From assembly GCA_009469675.1 (NCBI GenBank), contig SSSZ01000048.1, positions 10,570 to 74,569 of the forward strand: a stretch of 64,000 bases of DNA. The letters run 5' to 3'. Positions 47,663 through 60,406 of the stretch are shown in pieces (position 1 is the first letter of the stretch; each line of letters begins with the position of its first letter). The stretch comes from Azonexaceae bacterium. Lineage in GTDB: Bacteria > Pseudomonadota > Gammaproteobacteria > Burkholderiales > Rhodocyclaceae. The notes beneath the pieces were generated by a model. That model was not told the origin of the DNA. It ran no database searches and saw only the letters and a program-made list of their open reading frames with translations. Both the position numbers and the translations under genes were made by a program.

Positions 47663-48679
47663 ATGCGCCGTAACGTCCTCCGTGGTTTGCTGCTTGTCGC
47701 CACCTTGCTCGCTTCCCTTGGCCTGCAGGCGGCCCCCCTGCGTATTTCGATCAGCATTCCCGGGCCGGGAGCGGCCTCCTACTACCCGGTCGAACTGATC
47801 CCCAAGATCGGCGCCGACCAGGCCGAGGGGGCCGAAGTGCGGATCGTCTTTTCCCCCGGAGGACCGGGAGCCGTCGGCGAAATGTTGTCCAACAACGTCG
47901 ATTTCGCCGTGGTCGGCCTGCCCGCCGCCATGTCGGTGCGCCTCACCGACCATCGCGTCGTCGCCCTGGCCGCCATCAACGACCTGCCGCTCTATGTCCT
48001 TCTCGTCCGCCAAGGGTTGAAGGGACAGGTCAAGTCGATCGCCGACCTCAAAGGCCGGACCATCGGCCTGCACAGCAATTCGACCGCCACCAAGAGCACC
48101 TCGCAGCAGGTTCTGGAGCTGATGTTCCGGCGCGGCGGCGTGCCGCCGGGCAGTTATCGCATCGCCAACGTCGGCCGGCGCTGGGAATCCGAGGCAATGA
48201 TGCTCAAGACCGGTGCGGTGGACGCCGTGATCGGCGACGAACCCCACGCTTCGCACATGGTGGCCGACAAAATCGCCTTCCCCCTCGTCCATCTCGGCGA
48301 CCCGGAGACGGCGCGCCAGTTTGCCGGCACCGGCTTCCTGCGGGGAGCCCTGATCGGCCGCAGCGACAAGATCGACAAGGACAAGCGCAAGGCTGAAACG
48401 ATGGTCCGGATCATCCAGCGCACCCTGGCCTGGATCGCTACCCATTCCGCCGAGGAATTCGCCGACAAGCTGGGCGTCCCCGATCCCGACGAGCGGCAAA
48501 AACTGATCGCCGTCCTCCAACAATACCCCCGGCAATACAGCCGGGACGGCAGTTTTTCCCGGCGCCAGCTGCAGGAAACCGAAATCTTTTTCATCGACTC
48601 CCAGGCCGGCAATGCCGCAGCCGAGAATTTCCGCATCGAAGCGATGATCGACGATCGCTGGGTGGGCCGCCGTGACTAG
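47663..48679 (+). CDS. periplasmic substrate-binding protein, NMT1/SsuA/TauA-like (ABC-type nitrate/sulfonate/bicarbonate family)
   Basis: ORF track 47642..48679, with a likely start at MRRNVLRGLLLVATLLASLGLQAAP (signal peptide). Type-2 PBP-like layout. No permease or ATPase genes are adjacent. Confidence 0.7.
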   Translation: MRRNVLRGLLLVATLLASLGLQAAPLRISISIPGPGAASYYPVELIPKIGADQAEGAEVRIVFSPGGPGAVGEMLSNNVDFAVVGLPAAMSVRLTDHRVVALAAINDLPLYVLLVRQGLKGQVKSIADLKGRTIGLHSNSTATKSTSQQVLELMFRRGGVPPGSYRIANVGRRWESEAMMLKTGAVDAVIGDEPHASHMVADKIAFPLVHLGDPETARQFAGTGFLRGALIGRSDKIDKDKRKAETMVRIIQRTLAWIATHSAEEFADKLGVPDPDERQKLIAVLQQYPRQYSRDGSFSRRQLQETEIFFIDSQAGNAAAENFRIEAMIDDRWVGRRD

Positions 48680-48736
48680 CTTTCCTCCGCTTTCCCGTAG
48701 GGGTCGGCAGCTGCCCCGGCGGCGGGAAAATTCGCC

Positions 48737-49789
48737 ATGACCCCCGTGGCCCAGTGCCGCTCCCTCAACTTTCAGCTCGCCCTCCGCCTGGGCGGCCTTC
48801 TCCTGCTGATTCTCGCCGGGCTGATCGCGGTCGGCCTGTGGACCAAGGGCCAGATCAACGCCATCGCCCGCAGCACGCAGCTGGCCAACGCCCGCACCCA
48901 CTATACGGTCGTCCTTGCCGACCTGAATCGGCACTGGGGGCAGGAAGCCTTCAATCTGCGCACGCGCATCGAGGCCCTCGATATCCTGGACAAGATGGGG
49001 CAGCGCAACGAAAAGCTGATGACCCTCCTGATCTCCCACGGCGGCAGCCTGGAATTTCCCGCCCTGCACATCGAGAAAACCAGCGGCGAGCGCCTTGCCG
49101 CCCACCACCACGCCGGCCCCATCGACGCCAAAATCAAATTTTCTCCCGGCCAGAACACGCTGTGGTTCCAGAACCCCCGCGACGGCCACCTCTACCTGGC
49201 GATCCGGCAATTCATCTGGCTGGGCAAGGAAAACGGCCACCTCATCCTGTTCAAGCCCCTCGACCACGCCCTGGTCACCCAACTGACCTACCCCGGCACC
49301 CGCCTCAGCCTGTGGTGGAAAGGCCAGCCCGTCGCCTCCTCCGACGGCGAGGACGGCGTCAAGGCCGTCGCCGCCGCCTTTTCCAAAGCCGAAAACAGCT
49401 CCAATGCGGTCGCCTTGACCTGGTCGGGGCCGGAAAGCGAGAACTCCCCCCGGCTCCTGGTCGAAACCCAGGCGAACGAGCTGATCGAAACGGGCAGCAT
49501 CGCCGGCCCCGTCCTCGTCGTTTTTATCCTGCTGCTCACCGGTGTCTCGGTCGGCTTCGCCGGCCTGTGGCGCAAATCCTGCCGGCAACTCGACGCCCTG
49601 GTCAGGGCCGAGCAACGCTACGCCGCCCTGGGCCGGTCGGACGACCACATCGCCCACGACCTGGGCACCGCCCGCGACGGCCCCGTAGACGCGGCGACAA
49701 CCCTGGCCGCCGCGCTGGGACAACGGATCAAGGCCGATTCCGCGGCCCCCGACGGCGCCCCCCAACCGCCGGCCGCGGCGCCGCGCTGA
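48737..49789 (+). CDS. two-TM membrane protein with about 240-aa periplasmic domain and short cytoplasmic tail; sensor-like, no output domain
   Basis: ORF track 350 aa. TM1 is LGGLLLLILAGLIAVGLW and TM2 is IAGPVLVVFILLLTGVSVGFAGLW. The tail contains DHIAHDLGTA (nt 49643-49672), which resembles a degenerate HisKA H-box. Confidence 0.6.
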   Translation: MTPVAQCRSLNFQLALRLGGLLLLILAGLIAVGLWTKGQINAIARSTQLANARTHYTVVLADLNRHWGQEAFNLRTRIEALDILDKMGQRNEKLMTLLISHGGSLEFPALHIEKTSGERLAAHHHAGPIDAKIKFSPGQNTLWFQNPRDGHLYLAIRQFIWLGKENGHLILFKPLDHALVTQLTYPGTRLSLWWKGQPVASSDGEDGVKAVAAAFSKAENSSNAVALTWSGPESENSPRLLVETQANELIETGSIAGPVLVVFILLLTGVSVGFAGLWRKSCRQLDALVRAEQRYAALGRSDDHIAHDLGTARDGPVDAATTLAAALGQRIKADSAAPDGAPQPPAAAPR

Positions 49790-49879
49790 TTCGCCGGAAG
49801 CCACCGGCGCCACCGCCAGGCCATGAACGGCGGCCGGTTTTCGGGGATAATCGCCTTTTTCAAACTACGCCCCGCTGCC

Positions 49880-51070
49880 GTGAACCCCCACCTCGCCCAA
49901 CTCCAGCCCTACCCTTTCGAAAAGCTCCGCCAGCTCTTTGCCGGCGTCACCCCCCCGGCGGCGATGCGCGAGATCAAGCTGTCCATCGGCGAACCCCAGC
50001 ACGCAACGCCGGCCTTCATTGTGGACGCCCTCACCGCCGGCCTGAAGGGCCTGGCCAATTACCCGACCACCCAGGGCATCCCGGCCCTGCGCCAGGCCAT
50101 CGCCGCCTGGTGCCGGCGACGCTACGACCTCGAACTTGACGCCGAGACCCAGATCCTGCCAGTCAACGGCTCCCGCGAGGCACTCTTCTCCTTCGCCCAG
50201 ACCATCATCGATCCGAGCCGGGGCGAGCCTCCCCTGGTGGTCAGCCCCAACCCCTTCTACCAGATCTACGAAGGTGCGGCGTATCTGGGCGGGGCCGAGC
50301 CGCGCTTTCTCAACACCCTGCCGGAAAACGGCTTCGCCTTCGACTTCGACGCCCTTTCCCCCGCCGAATGGGCGCGGGTACAGCTCTTTTACGTCTGTTC
50401 GCCAGCCAATCCAACGGGCAAGGTGCTCAACCTGGAGGACTGGAAGCGCCTCTTCGAACTCGCCGACCGCTACGGCTTCGTCATCGCCTCCGACGAGTGT
50501 TATTCGGAAATCTTCTTCGACGAGGCCAACCCGCCCCTCGGCGGCCTCCAGGCGGCTCGCCGACTGGGCCGCGGTTGCGACCGGCTGGTCATGTTCTCCA
50601 GCCTGTCCAAGCGCTCCAACGTACCGGGCATGCGCTCCGGCTTCGTCGCCGGCGACGCGGCGCTTCTCAAGAAATTTCTTCTCTACCGCACCTACCACGG
50701 CTGCGCCATGCCGCCCCCGGTCCAGGCCGCCTCGGTGGCCGCGTGGAACGACGAAGCCCACGTCGTGGACAACCGCAACCAGTACCGGGAAAAATTCGCC
50801 GCCGTGACCCCCCGGGTGGCCGAAGTGCTGCATACCGCCCAACCCGACGCCAGTTTCTATTTGTGGGCGAAAACCCCGGGTTCCGACACCGATTTCGCCC
50901 GCGAACTGTTCGCCGCCTATAATGTCATCGTTTTGCCCGGCAGCTTCCTCGCCCGGGAGGCGGGAGGGGTCAACCCCGGCGCCGGCTTCGTCCGCATCGC
51001 CCTCGTCGCTTCCCTCGCCGAGTGCCTCGAGGCGGCCGAACGGATCAGCCAGTTTGCCCGACAACTTTAA
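49880..51070 (+). CDS. dapC: succinyldiaminopimelate transaminase (DapC type)
   Basis: ORF track 49823..51070. GTG 49880 is preferred because DapC proteins begin near (M)NPxLxxLxPYPFEKL. Motifs LSIGEPQH and a PLP-Lys region FSSLSKRSNVPGMRSGF. Confidence 0.88.
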   Translation: MNPHLAQLQPYPFEKLRQLFAGVTPPAAMREIKLSIGEPQHATPAFIVDALTAGLKGLANYPTTQGIPALRQAIAAWCRRRYDLELDAETQILPVNGSREALFSFAQTIIDPSRGEPPLVVSPNPFYQIYEGAAYLGGAEPRFLNTLPENGFAFDFDALSPAEWARVQLFYVCSPANPTGKVLNLEDWKRLFELADRYGFVIASDECYSEIFFDEANPPLGGLQAARRLGRGCDRLVMFSSLSKRSNVPGMRSGFVAGDAALLKKFLLYRTYHGCAMPPPVQAASVAAWNDEAHVVDNRNQYREKFAAVTPRVAEVLHTAQPDASFYLWAKTPGSDTDFARELFAAYNVIVLPGSFLAREAGGVNPGAGFVRIALVASLAECLEAAERISQFARQL

Positions 51071-51088
51071 CCCATAGAGAACCGCACC

Positions 51089-51907
51089 ATGTCCCATCCC
51101 CTGCAAAGCACCATCGAAGCCCTCTGGGAACGCCGCACCGAGCTTTCCCCCCAGACCGACCCGGCCCAGATCGCGGCCATCGCCAAGGTCATCGACGACC
51201 TCGACGGCGGCAGGCTGCGCGTCGCCGAAAAGATCGGCGGCGAGTGGGTCACCCACCAATGGATCAAGAAGGCCGTGCTGCTTTCCTTCCGGGTGCGCGA
51301 CAACCGCGTCCAGGAAGCCGGCGACATCCGCTTTTTCGACAAGGTGGACACCAAGTTCGAAGAGTGGTCCGAAGAGCGCTTCCGGGACGGCGGCTTTCGC
51401 GTCGTGCCGGGCACCATCGCCCGCAAGGGTTCCTTCATCGCCAGGAACGCCGTGCTCATGCCCTCCTTCGTCAACATCGGCGCCTACGTGGACGAAGGCA
51501 CCATGGTGGACACCTGGGCCACCGTCGGCTCCTGCGCCCAGATCGGCAAGAACGTGCACCTCTCGGGCGGCGTCGGTATCGGCGGCGTTCTCGAACCGCT
51601 CCAGGCCAACCCCACCATCATCGAGGACAACTGCTTCATCGGCGCCCGCTCCGAAGTGGTCGAGGGGGTCGTCGTCGGCGAAAACTCGGTGATTTCCATG
51701 GGTGTCTATATCGGTCAGAGCACCCCCATCTACGACCGCGAGACCGGCGAGGTGAGCTACGGCCGGATTCCCGCCGGCTCCGTCGTCATCAGCGGCAGCC
51801 TGCCCAAGGCTGGCGGTGCCTACAGCCTCTACGCCGCCATCATCGTCAAGAAGGTGGATGCGCAGACCCGTTCCAAGACCAGCATCAACGACCTGCTGCG
51901 CGCCTAA
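51089..51907 (+). CDS. dapD: 2,3,4,5-tetrahydropyridine-2,6-dicarboxylate N-succinyltransferase
   Basis: ORF track 272 aa. Hexapeptide repeats and [47 protein letters not shown]. Confidence 0.95.
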   Translation: MSHPLQSTIEALWERRTELSPQTDPAQIAAIAKVIDDLDGGRLRVAEKIGGEWVTHQWIKKAVLLSFRVRDNRVQEAGDIRFFDKVDTKFEEWSEERFRDGGFRVVPGTIARKGSFIARNAVLMPSFVNIGAYVDEGTMVDTWATVGSCAQIGKNVHLSGGVGIGGVLEPLQANPTIIEDNCFIGARSEVVEGVVVGENSVISMGVYIGQSTPIYDRETGEVSYGRIPAGSVVISGSLPKAGGAYSLYAAIIVKKVDAQTRSKTSINDLLRA

Positions 51908-51941
51908 GACCCCGCACCATCCCGAACCGGCGGAGACCCCG

Positions 51942-55154
<3,213 letters not shown>

Positions 55155-55158
<4 letters not shown>

Positions 55159-55484
55159 AGCGTCGCCCAGCGGGCGAACGGGCCGCCGAAGTAGGAAGTC
55201 AGGACGAGGGCGGCCGGCGCAAAGGCGACAAAAACCCGCAACACCCAGGCAATGAAGGGGTGTGCCACGTGCCCCTCGATGAAGCGGTGCACGACGATCG
55301 TCCCCTTGACCCAGACGATGACGGCGACCAGGGCCGGCAGCCAGACGGCGCCGTGGAACCATTGCCCGAGGCCGAGGCTGGCGAGGCTCAAGGCGACCAG
55401 CACCAGCCAGGCAAGGCCCAGGCCGGCCAGGGACGGGGGCGGGGGCGGGGGCGGGGGAACGGCAGGATGGGAGCCGGTGGTCAT
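55155..55484 (-). CDS. small 3-TM membrane protein, prokaryotic cytochrome oxidase subunit IV / NorF(NirP)-like, with N-terminal Pro8 run
   Basis: ORF track 109 aa. Three hydrophobic helices. It lies directly downstream of a CoxIII/NorE-like gene (3-nt gap). Confidence 0.65.
55435..55457 (+). repeat. (GGGGGC)x4 hexanucleotide tract = canonical G-quadruplex motif on the plus strand; encodes PPPPPPPP on the minus strand
   Basis: Read directly: GGGGGCGGGGGCGGGGGCGGGGG. Confidence 0.9.
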
Positions 55485-55487
55485 GGT

Positions 55488-56111
55488 TCAGGCGAGGACG
55501 TAGAAAAGCGGAAAAATCACCAGCCAGATGATGTCGGTGGCGTGCCAGTAGCTGGCCAGGGCCTCCAGGCCGCCGTGGTCTTCGGTCGAATAGCCGCCGG
55601 CCAGATGGCGGGCGAAGACCCACACCATGCCGAGGATGCCCCAGGACGCATGGACCAGGTGGTTGAAGGTGAGGTAGTAATACACCGTGAAAAAGATGCC
55701 CGAGCCGCCGTCGATACCCTGGGCCAGGTTCCAGCTCACCTCCAGGTACTTGGCCAGGGGGTAGCCCAGCGCCGTCACCAGGCCCGCTGCCAGCCAGTAG
55801 AGGGAGCGCCGGCGCTGACCGGCCCGCATGGTCGCCACCGAACAGGCAATGAAGAAACTACTGCTCACCATGAGCAGCGTGATGGCCGTCCCGGCGACGC
55901 GGGAAAGCCGGTCGGCGCCGGCCTGGAAAGCGTCGGGAAAATGGGCGCGGGCGACGAAATAGATGACGAACATGACGGTGAATTCGATCAGTTCGCAAGT
56001 GATACCGACCCAGATTCCCTTGTTGCCGGGAATCCAGCCCGACGCCTCCCGGGGCCGGGGATCGCCAGCGGCGCTGCCGGGATTGCCGAGATCGGCCGTT
56101 GCTTCGACCAT
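55488..56111 (-). CDS. cytochrome c oxidase subunit III family protein, NorE/NirO-like
   Basis: C-terminal 207 aa of ORF 55488..56483, from MVEATADLGNPGS. Five hydrophobic helices. The C-terminal YWHATDIIWLVIFPLFYVL is typical of CoxIII-family proteins. Confidence 0.78.
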   Translation of the reverse strand: MVEATADLGNPGSAAGDPRPREASGWIPGNKGIWVGITCELIEFTVMFVIYFVARAHFPDAFQAGADRLSRVAGTAITLLMVSSSFFIACSVATMRAGQRRRSLYWLAAGLVTALGYPLAKYLEVSWNLAQGIDGGSGIFFTVYYYLTFNHLVHASWGILGMVWVFARHLAGGYSTEDHGGLEALASYWHATDIIWLVIFPLFYVLA

Positions 56112-56304
56112 GGAAAAATCCGCCCTGTCGCACGAAAGGCTTTCATTCTCCCATGCGTCTCGCCGCTGCGCCGTAAGATAGATCAAAGTTTCGCCCGATG
56201 CCCGCACCGCCGTGGCCCCCGAAGTGTCGAAGCGGCGCCGGAGCGGGTACACTCGGGGGGCAAAGCTCGCCCCCGCCCCTTCCGTATTGCCCCGCCGCCC
56301 GCCC

Positions 56305-57054
56305 ATGCCCCATTTCGCCCGCCTGCTCCTCGCCGCCGCCCTGGCTTTCGCCCGCCCTGCCGGGGCCGGCGAGATCACTCTGGCGGTGGCGGCCAATTTC
56401 ACCGCCCCGATGCAGGCCATCGCCGCCGAATTCGCCCGCGACACGGGCCACGTCGCCCGCCCCGCCTTCGGCGCCACGGGCACCCTTTACGCTCAGATCA
56501 GCCGCGGCGCCCCCTTCGATCTCTTCCTGGCGGCCGACGAAGAAACCCCGGCCCGCCTGGAAAGCGAATCCCTGGCCGTGGCCGGCAGCCGTTTCGTCTA
56601 TGCCACCGGCCGCCTCGTCCTGTGGTCGCCCCGGCCGGATGGGGTGGACCGCGATGCCCAGGTGCTGCGTACCGGCGCCTTCGCCCATCTCGCCGTCGCC
56701 AACCCCAGGACTTCGCCTTACGGCAGCGCCGCCCTCGCCGTCCTCGACCAACTCGGCCTCAAGGACGCCCTGGCGCGGCGCCTGGTGATCGGCGAGAGCA
56801 TCGCCCAGACCTATCAGTTCGTCGCCAGCGGCAATGCCGCACTGGGTTTCGTCGCCCTCTCCCAGGTCAGCAAGGACGGCCGCCTCGCCGCCGGGTCGGC
56901 CTGGATCGTCCCGGCCCACCTCCACCGGCCGCTCCGCCAGGAGGCGGTCCTTCTCCTCCGGGGCCAGGACAAACCCGCCGCCCGGGCGTTTCTCGACTAC
57001 CTGCGCGGCGCCAAGGCCCGCGCCATCATCCGCACCTACGGCTACGAATCATGA
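56305..57054 (+). CDS. modA: molybdate-type (ModA family) periplasmic oxyanion-binding protein
   Basis: ORF track frame 56212..57054, with the start at MPHFARLLLAAALAFARPAGAGEITLAVAANF (signal peptide). ModA-like motifs FGATGTLYAQISRGAPFDLFLAAD and NPRTSPYGSAA. Confidence 0.82.
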   Translation: MPHFARLLLAAALAFARPAGAGEITLAVAANFTAPMQAIAAEFARDTGHVARPAFGATGTLYAQISRGAPFDLFLAADEETPARLESESLAVAGSRFVYATGRLVLWSPRPDGVDRDAQVLRTGAFAHLAVANPRTSPYGSAALAVLDQLGLKDALARRLVIGESIAQTYQFVASGNAALGFVALSQVSKDGRLAAGSAWIVPAHLHRPLRQEAVLLLRGQDKPAARAFLDYLRGAKARAIIRTYGYES

Positions 57055-58418
57055 CGCCGCCGGCCCGCCCCGATCCTTCCCCCAAGGAGACGCCACCCCC
57101 CGCCGTGGGCTTCCGGGAAGCTTTTCTCTTCTGGCTCAAGCTCGGCTTCATCAGTTTCGGCGGGCCGGCCGGGCAAATCGCCATCATGCACCAGGAACTG
57201 GTGGAAAAACGCCGCTGGATTTCCGAGAAGCGCTTCCTCCATGCCCTCAATTACTGCATGCTGCTCCCCGGTCCCGAAGCCCAGCAGCTCGCCACCTACA
57301 TCGGCTGGCTGCTCCACCGCACGGGCGGCGGCATCGTCGCCGGCGGCCTGTTCGTCCTCCCCTCCCTCGTCATCCTCGTCGCCCTGTCCTGGGTCTACGT
57401 GGCCTTTGGCCAAACCGCCCTGGTCGCAGGCTTGTTCTACGGCATCAAACCGGCGGTGACCGCCATCGTCGTCCACGCCGCCCACCGCATCGGCAGCCGG
57501 GCCTTGAAGAACGGCGTGCTCTGGTCGGTGGCGGCGGCGGCTTTCGTCGCCATCTTCGCCCTGGAACTCCCCTTTCCCCTGATCGTCGGCGGGGCGGCCT
57601 TGGTCGGCATGGCTGGCGGACACCTGGCGCCAGCCCGCTTCCAGCTCGGGGGCGGCTCCGGGGGGGCCGGCAAGTCTTACGGCCGGGCCTGCCTCGACGA
57701 CGATACGCCGACCCCGCCCCACGCCCGCTTCACCTGGCCTCGCCTGCTCCGGGTCGGGGCGGCCGGCGGCCTCCTCTGGGTCGCCCCCATGGCGCTGCTC
57801 GCCGCGGCCTACGGCTGGAACCACACCCTGACCCGGATGGGCTGGTTTTTCACCAAGGCGGCGCTCCTCACCTTCGGCGGAGCCTACGCCGTGCTGCCCT
57901 ACGTCTATCAAGGCGCGGTGGGCGACTACGGCTGGCTCTCCCCGGCCCAGATGATCGACGGCCTGGCCCTGGGCGAAACGACGCCGGGGCCACTCATCAT
58001 GGTGGTGGCCTTCGTCGGTTTTGTCGGCGCTTACGGCAAGGCCGTCTTCGGCCCGGAAAACCTCTTCTTGGCCGGCGCCGCAGCGGCGGCGCTGGTCACC
58101 TGGTTCACCTTCCTGCCGTCCTTCGTGTTCATCCTGGCGGGCGGCCCGCTGGTCGAAAGCACCCACGGCGACCTCAAATTCACCGCCCCGCTGACTGCCA
58201 TTACCGCCGCCGTGGTGGGCGTCATTCTCAATCTGGCGCTCTATTTCGCCTACCATGTCCTGTGGCCGGCCGGGCTGGCCGGAGCCTTCGACGGGATCGC
58301 CGCCGTCCTCGCTCTGGCCGCCGCCCTTGCCCTCTTTCGCTGGCGCTGGTCGGTCATGCAGGTCATCGGCGCAGCGGCGCTCCTGGGATTGCTTATCAAG
58401 TTCACCGCCGCCGCCTGA
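57051..58418 (+). CDS. chrA: CHR-family chromate ion transporter (long-chain ChrA)
   Basis: C-terminal 455 aa of the 1396-aa ORF 54228..58418. ATG 57051 overlaps the modA stop (ATGA). Two CHR halves are present (FLFWLKLGFISFGGPAGQIAIMH... and FTKAALLTFGGAYAVLPYV...). Confidence 0.9.
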   Translation: MTPPARPDPSPKETPPPAVGFREAFLFWLKLGFISFGGPAGQIAIMHQELVEKRRWISEKRFLHALNYCMLLPGPEAQQLATYIGWLLHRTGGGIVAGGLFVLPSLVILVALSWVYVAFGQTALVAGLFYGIKPAVTAIVVHAAHRIGSRALKNGVLWSVAAAAFVAIFALELPFPLIVGGAALVGMAGGHLAPARFQLGGGSGGAGKSYGRACLDDDTPTPPHARFTWPRLLRVGAAGGLLWVAPMALLAAAYGWNHTLTRMGWFFTKAALLTFGGAYAVLPYVYQGAVGDYGWLSPAQMIDGLALGETTPGPLIMVVAFVGFVGAYGKAVFGPENLFLAGAAAAALVTWFTFLPSFVFILAGGPLVESTHGDLKFTAPLTAITAAVVGVILNLALYFAYHVLWPAGLAGAFDGIAAVLALAAALALFRWRWSVMQVIGAAALLGLLIKFTAAA

Positions 58419-58460
58419 GATCGGCCAAGCCGTTGACGCGCCCGGCCCGGACGTTCGGCC

Positions 58461-60095
58461 CTACTGCAGCGCCGACGCCAGGATGGCCTGGGCCTCGGCG
58501 ACGATGGCCGCCAGGTGGTCGGCGCTCCTGAAGCTCTCGGCGTAGAGCTTGTAGATATCCTCGGTTCCCGAGGGCCGGGCGGCGAACCAGCCCTGGGCGG
58601 TGGTCACCTTGAGGCCGCCGATGGCGGCATGGTTGCCCGGAGCGCGGGTCATTTTGGCGAGTATGGGGTCGCCGGCCAGGGTGGACGCCGCCACCCGCTC
58701 ACCGGTCAGCCCTTTGAAAGCGGCCTTCTGGGCAGGGGTGGCGGGGGCGTCGATGCGCCGGTAATAGGGCGTACCGAAACGGGCGGCCAGATCCTGGTAG
58801 TGGCGCCCTGGATCCTTGCCGGTGACGGCGGTGATTTCGGCGGCGAGCAGGCCGAGGATGATGCCGTCCTTGTCGGTGGTCCACACCGTGCCGTCCCGGC
58901 GCAGGAAGCTCGCACCGGCGCTTTCCTCGCCGCCGAAACAGAGGCTGCCGGCGAGCAGGCCGGGGGAGAACCATTTGAACCCGACCGGGACTTCCAGCAG
59001 CGGCCGGTCCAGGCTCGCCACCACCCGGTCGATCAGGCCGCTCGACACCAGGGTCTTGCCGACGGCGGCGCCGGTCGGCCACCGGGGCCGGTGGCCGAGC
59101 AGGTAGTGGATGGCGACCGCCAGAAAGTGGTTGGAGTTCAGCAAACCCAGGGAGGGCGTGACGATGCCGTGGCGGTCCACGTCGGCGTCGTTGCCCCAGG
59201 CGATGGCGAAGCGGTCCTTGAGGCCGACCAGGCCGGCCATGGCGTAGGGGCTGGAACAGTCCATGCGGATCTTGCCGTCGTGGTCCAGGGGCATGAAGGC
59301 GAAGGCCGGATCAACGCGGGGATTGACCACCTCGATGTCCAGGCCGTAGCGGGCAGCGATCGGCGCCCAGTAGGCCACCGCGGCACCGCCCAAGGGGTCG
59401 ACCCCGATCTTGAGGCGCGAACGGCGGATCGCCTCGAAGTCGATGACATTCTCCAGGTCGGCGACGTAGGGAGCGACAAAATCCTCCTGGACGACCTGGG
59501 GGGCGGCCAACGCCTGGGCGTAAGGGATGCGCTTCACGCCGCGATTGCCCTCGGCCATCAGGGCGTTGGCGCGCTGCTCGATCCAGCCCGTGACATCGGT
59601 GTCGGCCGGGCCGCCGTGGGGCGGGTTGTATTTGATCCCGCCATCCTGGGGCGGATTGTGGGAGGGGGTGATGACGATGCCGTCGGCGGCCCGGGCCGGG
59701 TTGTCCCGGTTGTGCACCAGGATCGCCCGGGAGATCACCGGCGTCGGCGTATAGCCATCCCCCGCCTGGCAGCGGGTCGGCACCCCGTTGGCGGCCAGCA
59801 CCTCCAAGGCGGTGCATTGGGCCGGCGCCGACAGGGCATGGGTGTCCTTACCCAGAAACAGGGGGCCGCGGATTCCTTTTTCCGCCCGGTATTCGCACAC
59901 CGCCTGGGTGATGGCCAGGATATGCGCTTCGTTGAAACTGCCGCACAACGCGCTGCCCCGGTGGCCGCTGGTGCCGAAAGCGACCCGCTGGGCGGGGTCG
60001 TCAATCTCGGGGGCCTTGCGGTAGGCGGCCAGGAGGGCCGGAAGGTCGGCGAGTGCCGCGGCGGGAGCCGGCTGGCCGGCAAGGAGATGGGTCAT
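58461..60095 (-). CDS. pgm: phosphoglucomutase (alpha-D-glucose phosphate-specific)
   Basis: ORF track 58461..60242, with the internal start [11 protein letters not shown]. It has the active-site loop [15 protein letters not shown], Mg loop [10 protein letters not shown], and GGEESAG. Confidence 0.93.
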   Translation of the reverse strand: MTHLLAGQPAPAAALADLPALLAAYRKAPEIDDPAQRVAFGTSGHRGSALCGSFNEAHILAITQAVCEYRAEKGIRGPLFLGKDTHALSAPAQCTALEVLAANGVPTRCQAGDGYTPTPVISRAILVHNRDNPARAADGIVITPSHNPPQDGGIKYNPPHGGPADTDVTGWIEQRANALMAEGNRGVKRIPYAQALAAPQVVQEDFVAPYVADLENVIDFEAIRRSRLKIGVDPLGGAAVAYWAPIAARYGLDIEVVNPRVDPAFAFMPLDHDGKIRMDCSSPYAMAGLVGLKDRFAIAWGNDADVDRHGIVTPSLGLLNSNHFLAVAIHYLLGHRPRWPTGAAVGKTLVSSGLIDRVVASLDRPLLEVPVGFKWFSPGLLAGSLCFGGEESAGASFLRRDGTVWTTDKDGIILGLLAAEITAVTGKDPGRHYQDLAARFGTPYYRRIDAPATPAQKAAFKGLTGERVAASTLAGDPILAKMTRAPGNHAAIGGLKVTTAQGWFAARPSGTEDIYKLYAESFRSADHLAAIVAEAQAILASALQ

Positions 60096-60229
60096 GGCAT
60101 GCCCTTTGGAGGTGGATCGCACCCGGCAATATACTCCCGTCCCGGCGGAGCCAGGGAAGGGCTTCTGCTCCCCGGACGATCGCCACAGTCTCGGGCGGTC
60201 CGCCCCGGCCCAAAGCCCTGACGAAAAGA

Positions 60230-60259
60230 AAAAACCCGCCAACGAATCGGCGGGTTTTT
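60230..60259 (-). terminator. intrinsic terminator AAAAACCCGCC-aacgaatc-GGCGGGTTTTT (bidirectional shape; on the minus strand followed by TTTTTTCTTTTC)
   Basis: Read directly. It has an 11-nt complementary arm (7-bp GC core ACCCGCC/GGCGGGT flanked by the A and T runs). It lies about 150 nt downstream of the SRAP gene stop and upstream of pgm. Confidence 0.75.
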
Positions 60260-60406
60260 CATGAATCTATGGGGCACATACCGGGATCGAAAATACTTCT
60301 AGATCTATTGTGCCGCAATCAATAGTACCGATTAGGAAAATTAATATACCCTTATGTGTACCTTCATGGTTTTGGAGTGGCAAATGTGCAACGGTTCGAT
60401 CCCGTA

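Noticed and set aside
47030-49813. 927-aa minus-strand ORF antisense to the deaminase, SBP and sensor-like genes. Similar long shadow ORFs occur at 49865-52360(-), 32030-34519(-), 6201-8465(-), 43341-46286(+), 39503-41902(+), 9550-11631(-) and 21-1664(+).
   Set aside because: All are Gly/Ala/Arg/Asp-rich with no recognisable motifs. Each lies exactly antisense to genes with strong family signatures. Stop codons are rare in off-frames of GC-rich DNA.
55435-55457. The short tandem GGGGGC repeat considered as a CRISPR or other array
   Set aside because: The unit is only 6 nt with no spacers and lies inside a coding region. It is a simple hexanucleotide repeat.
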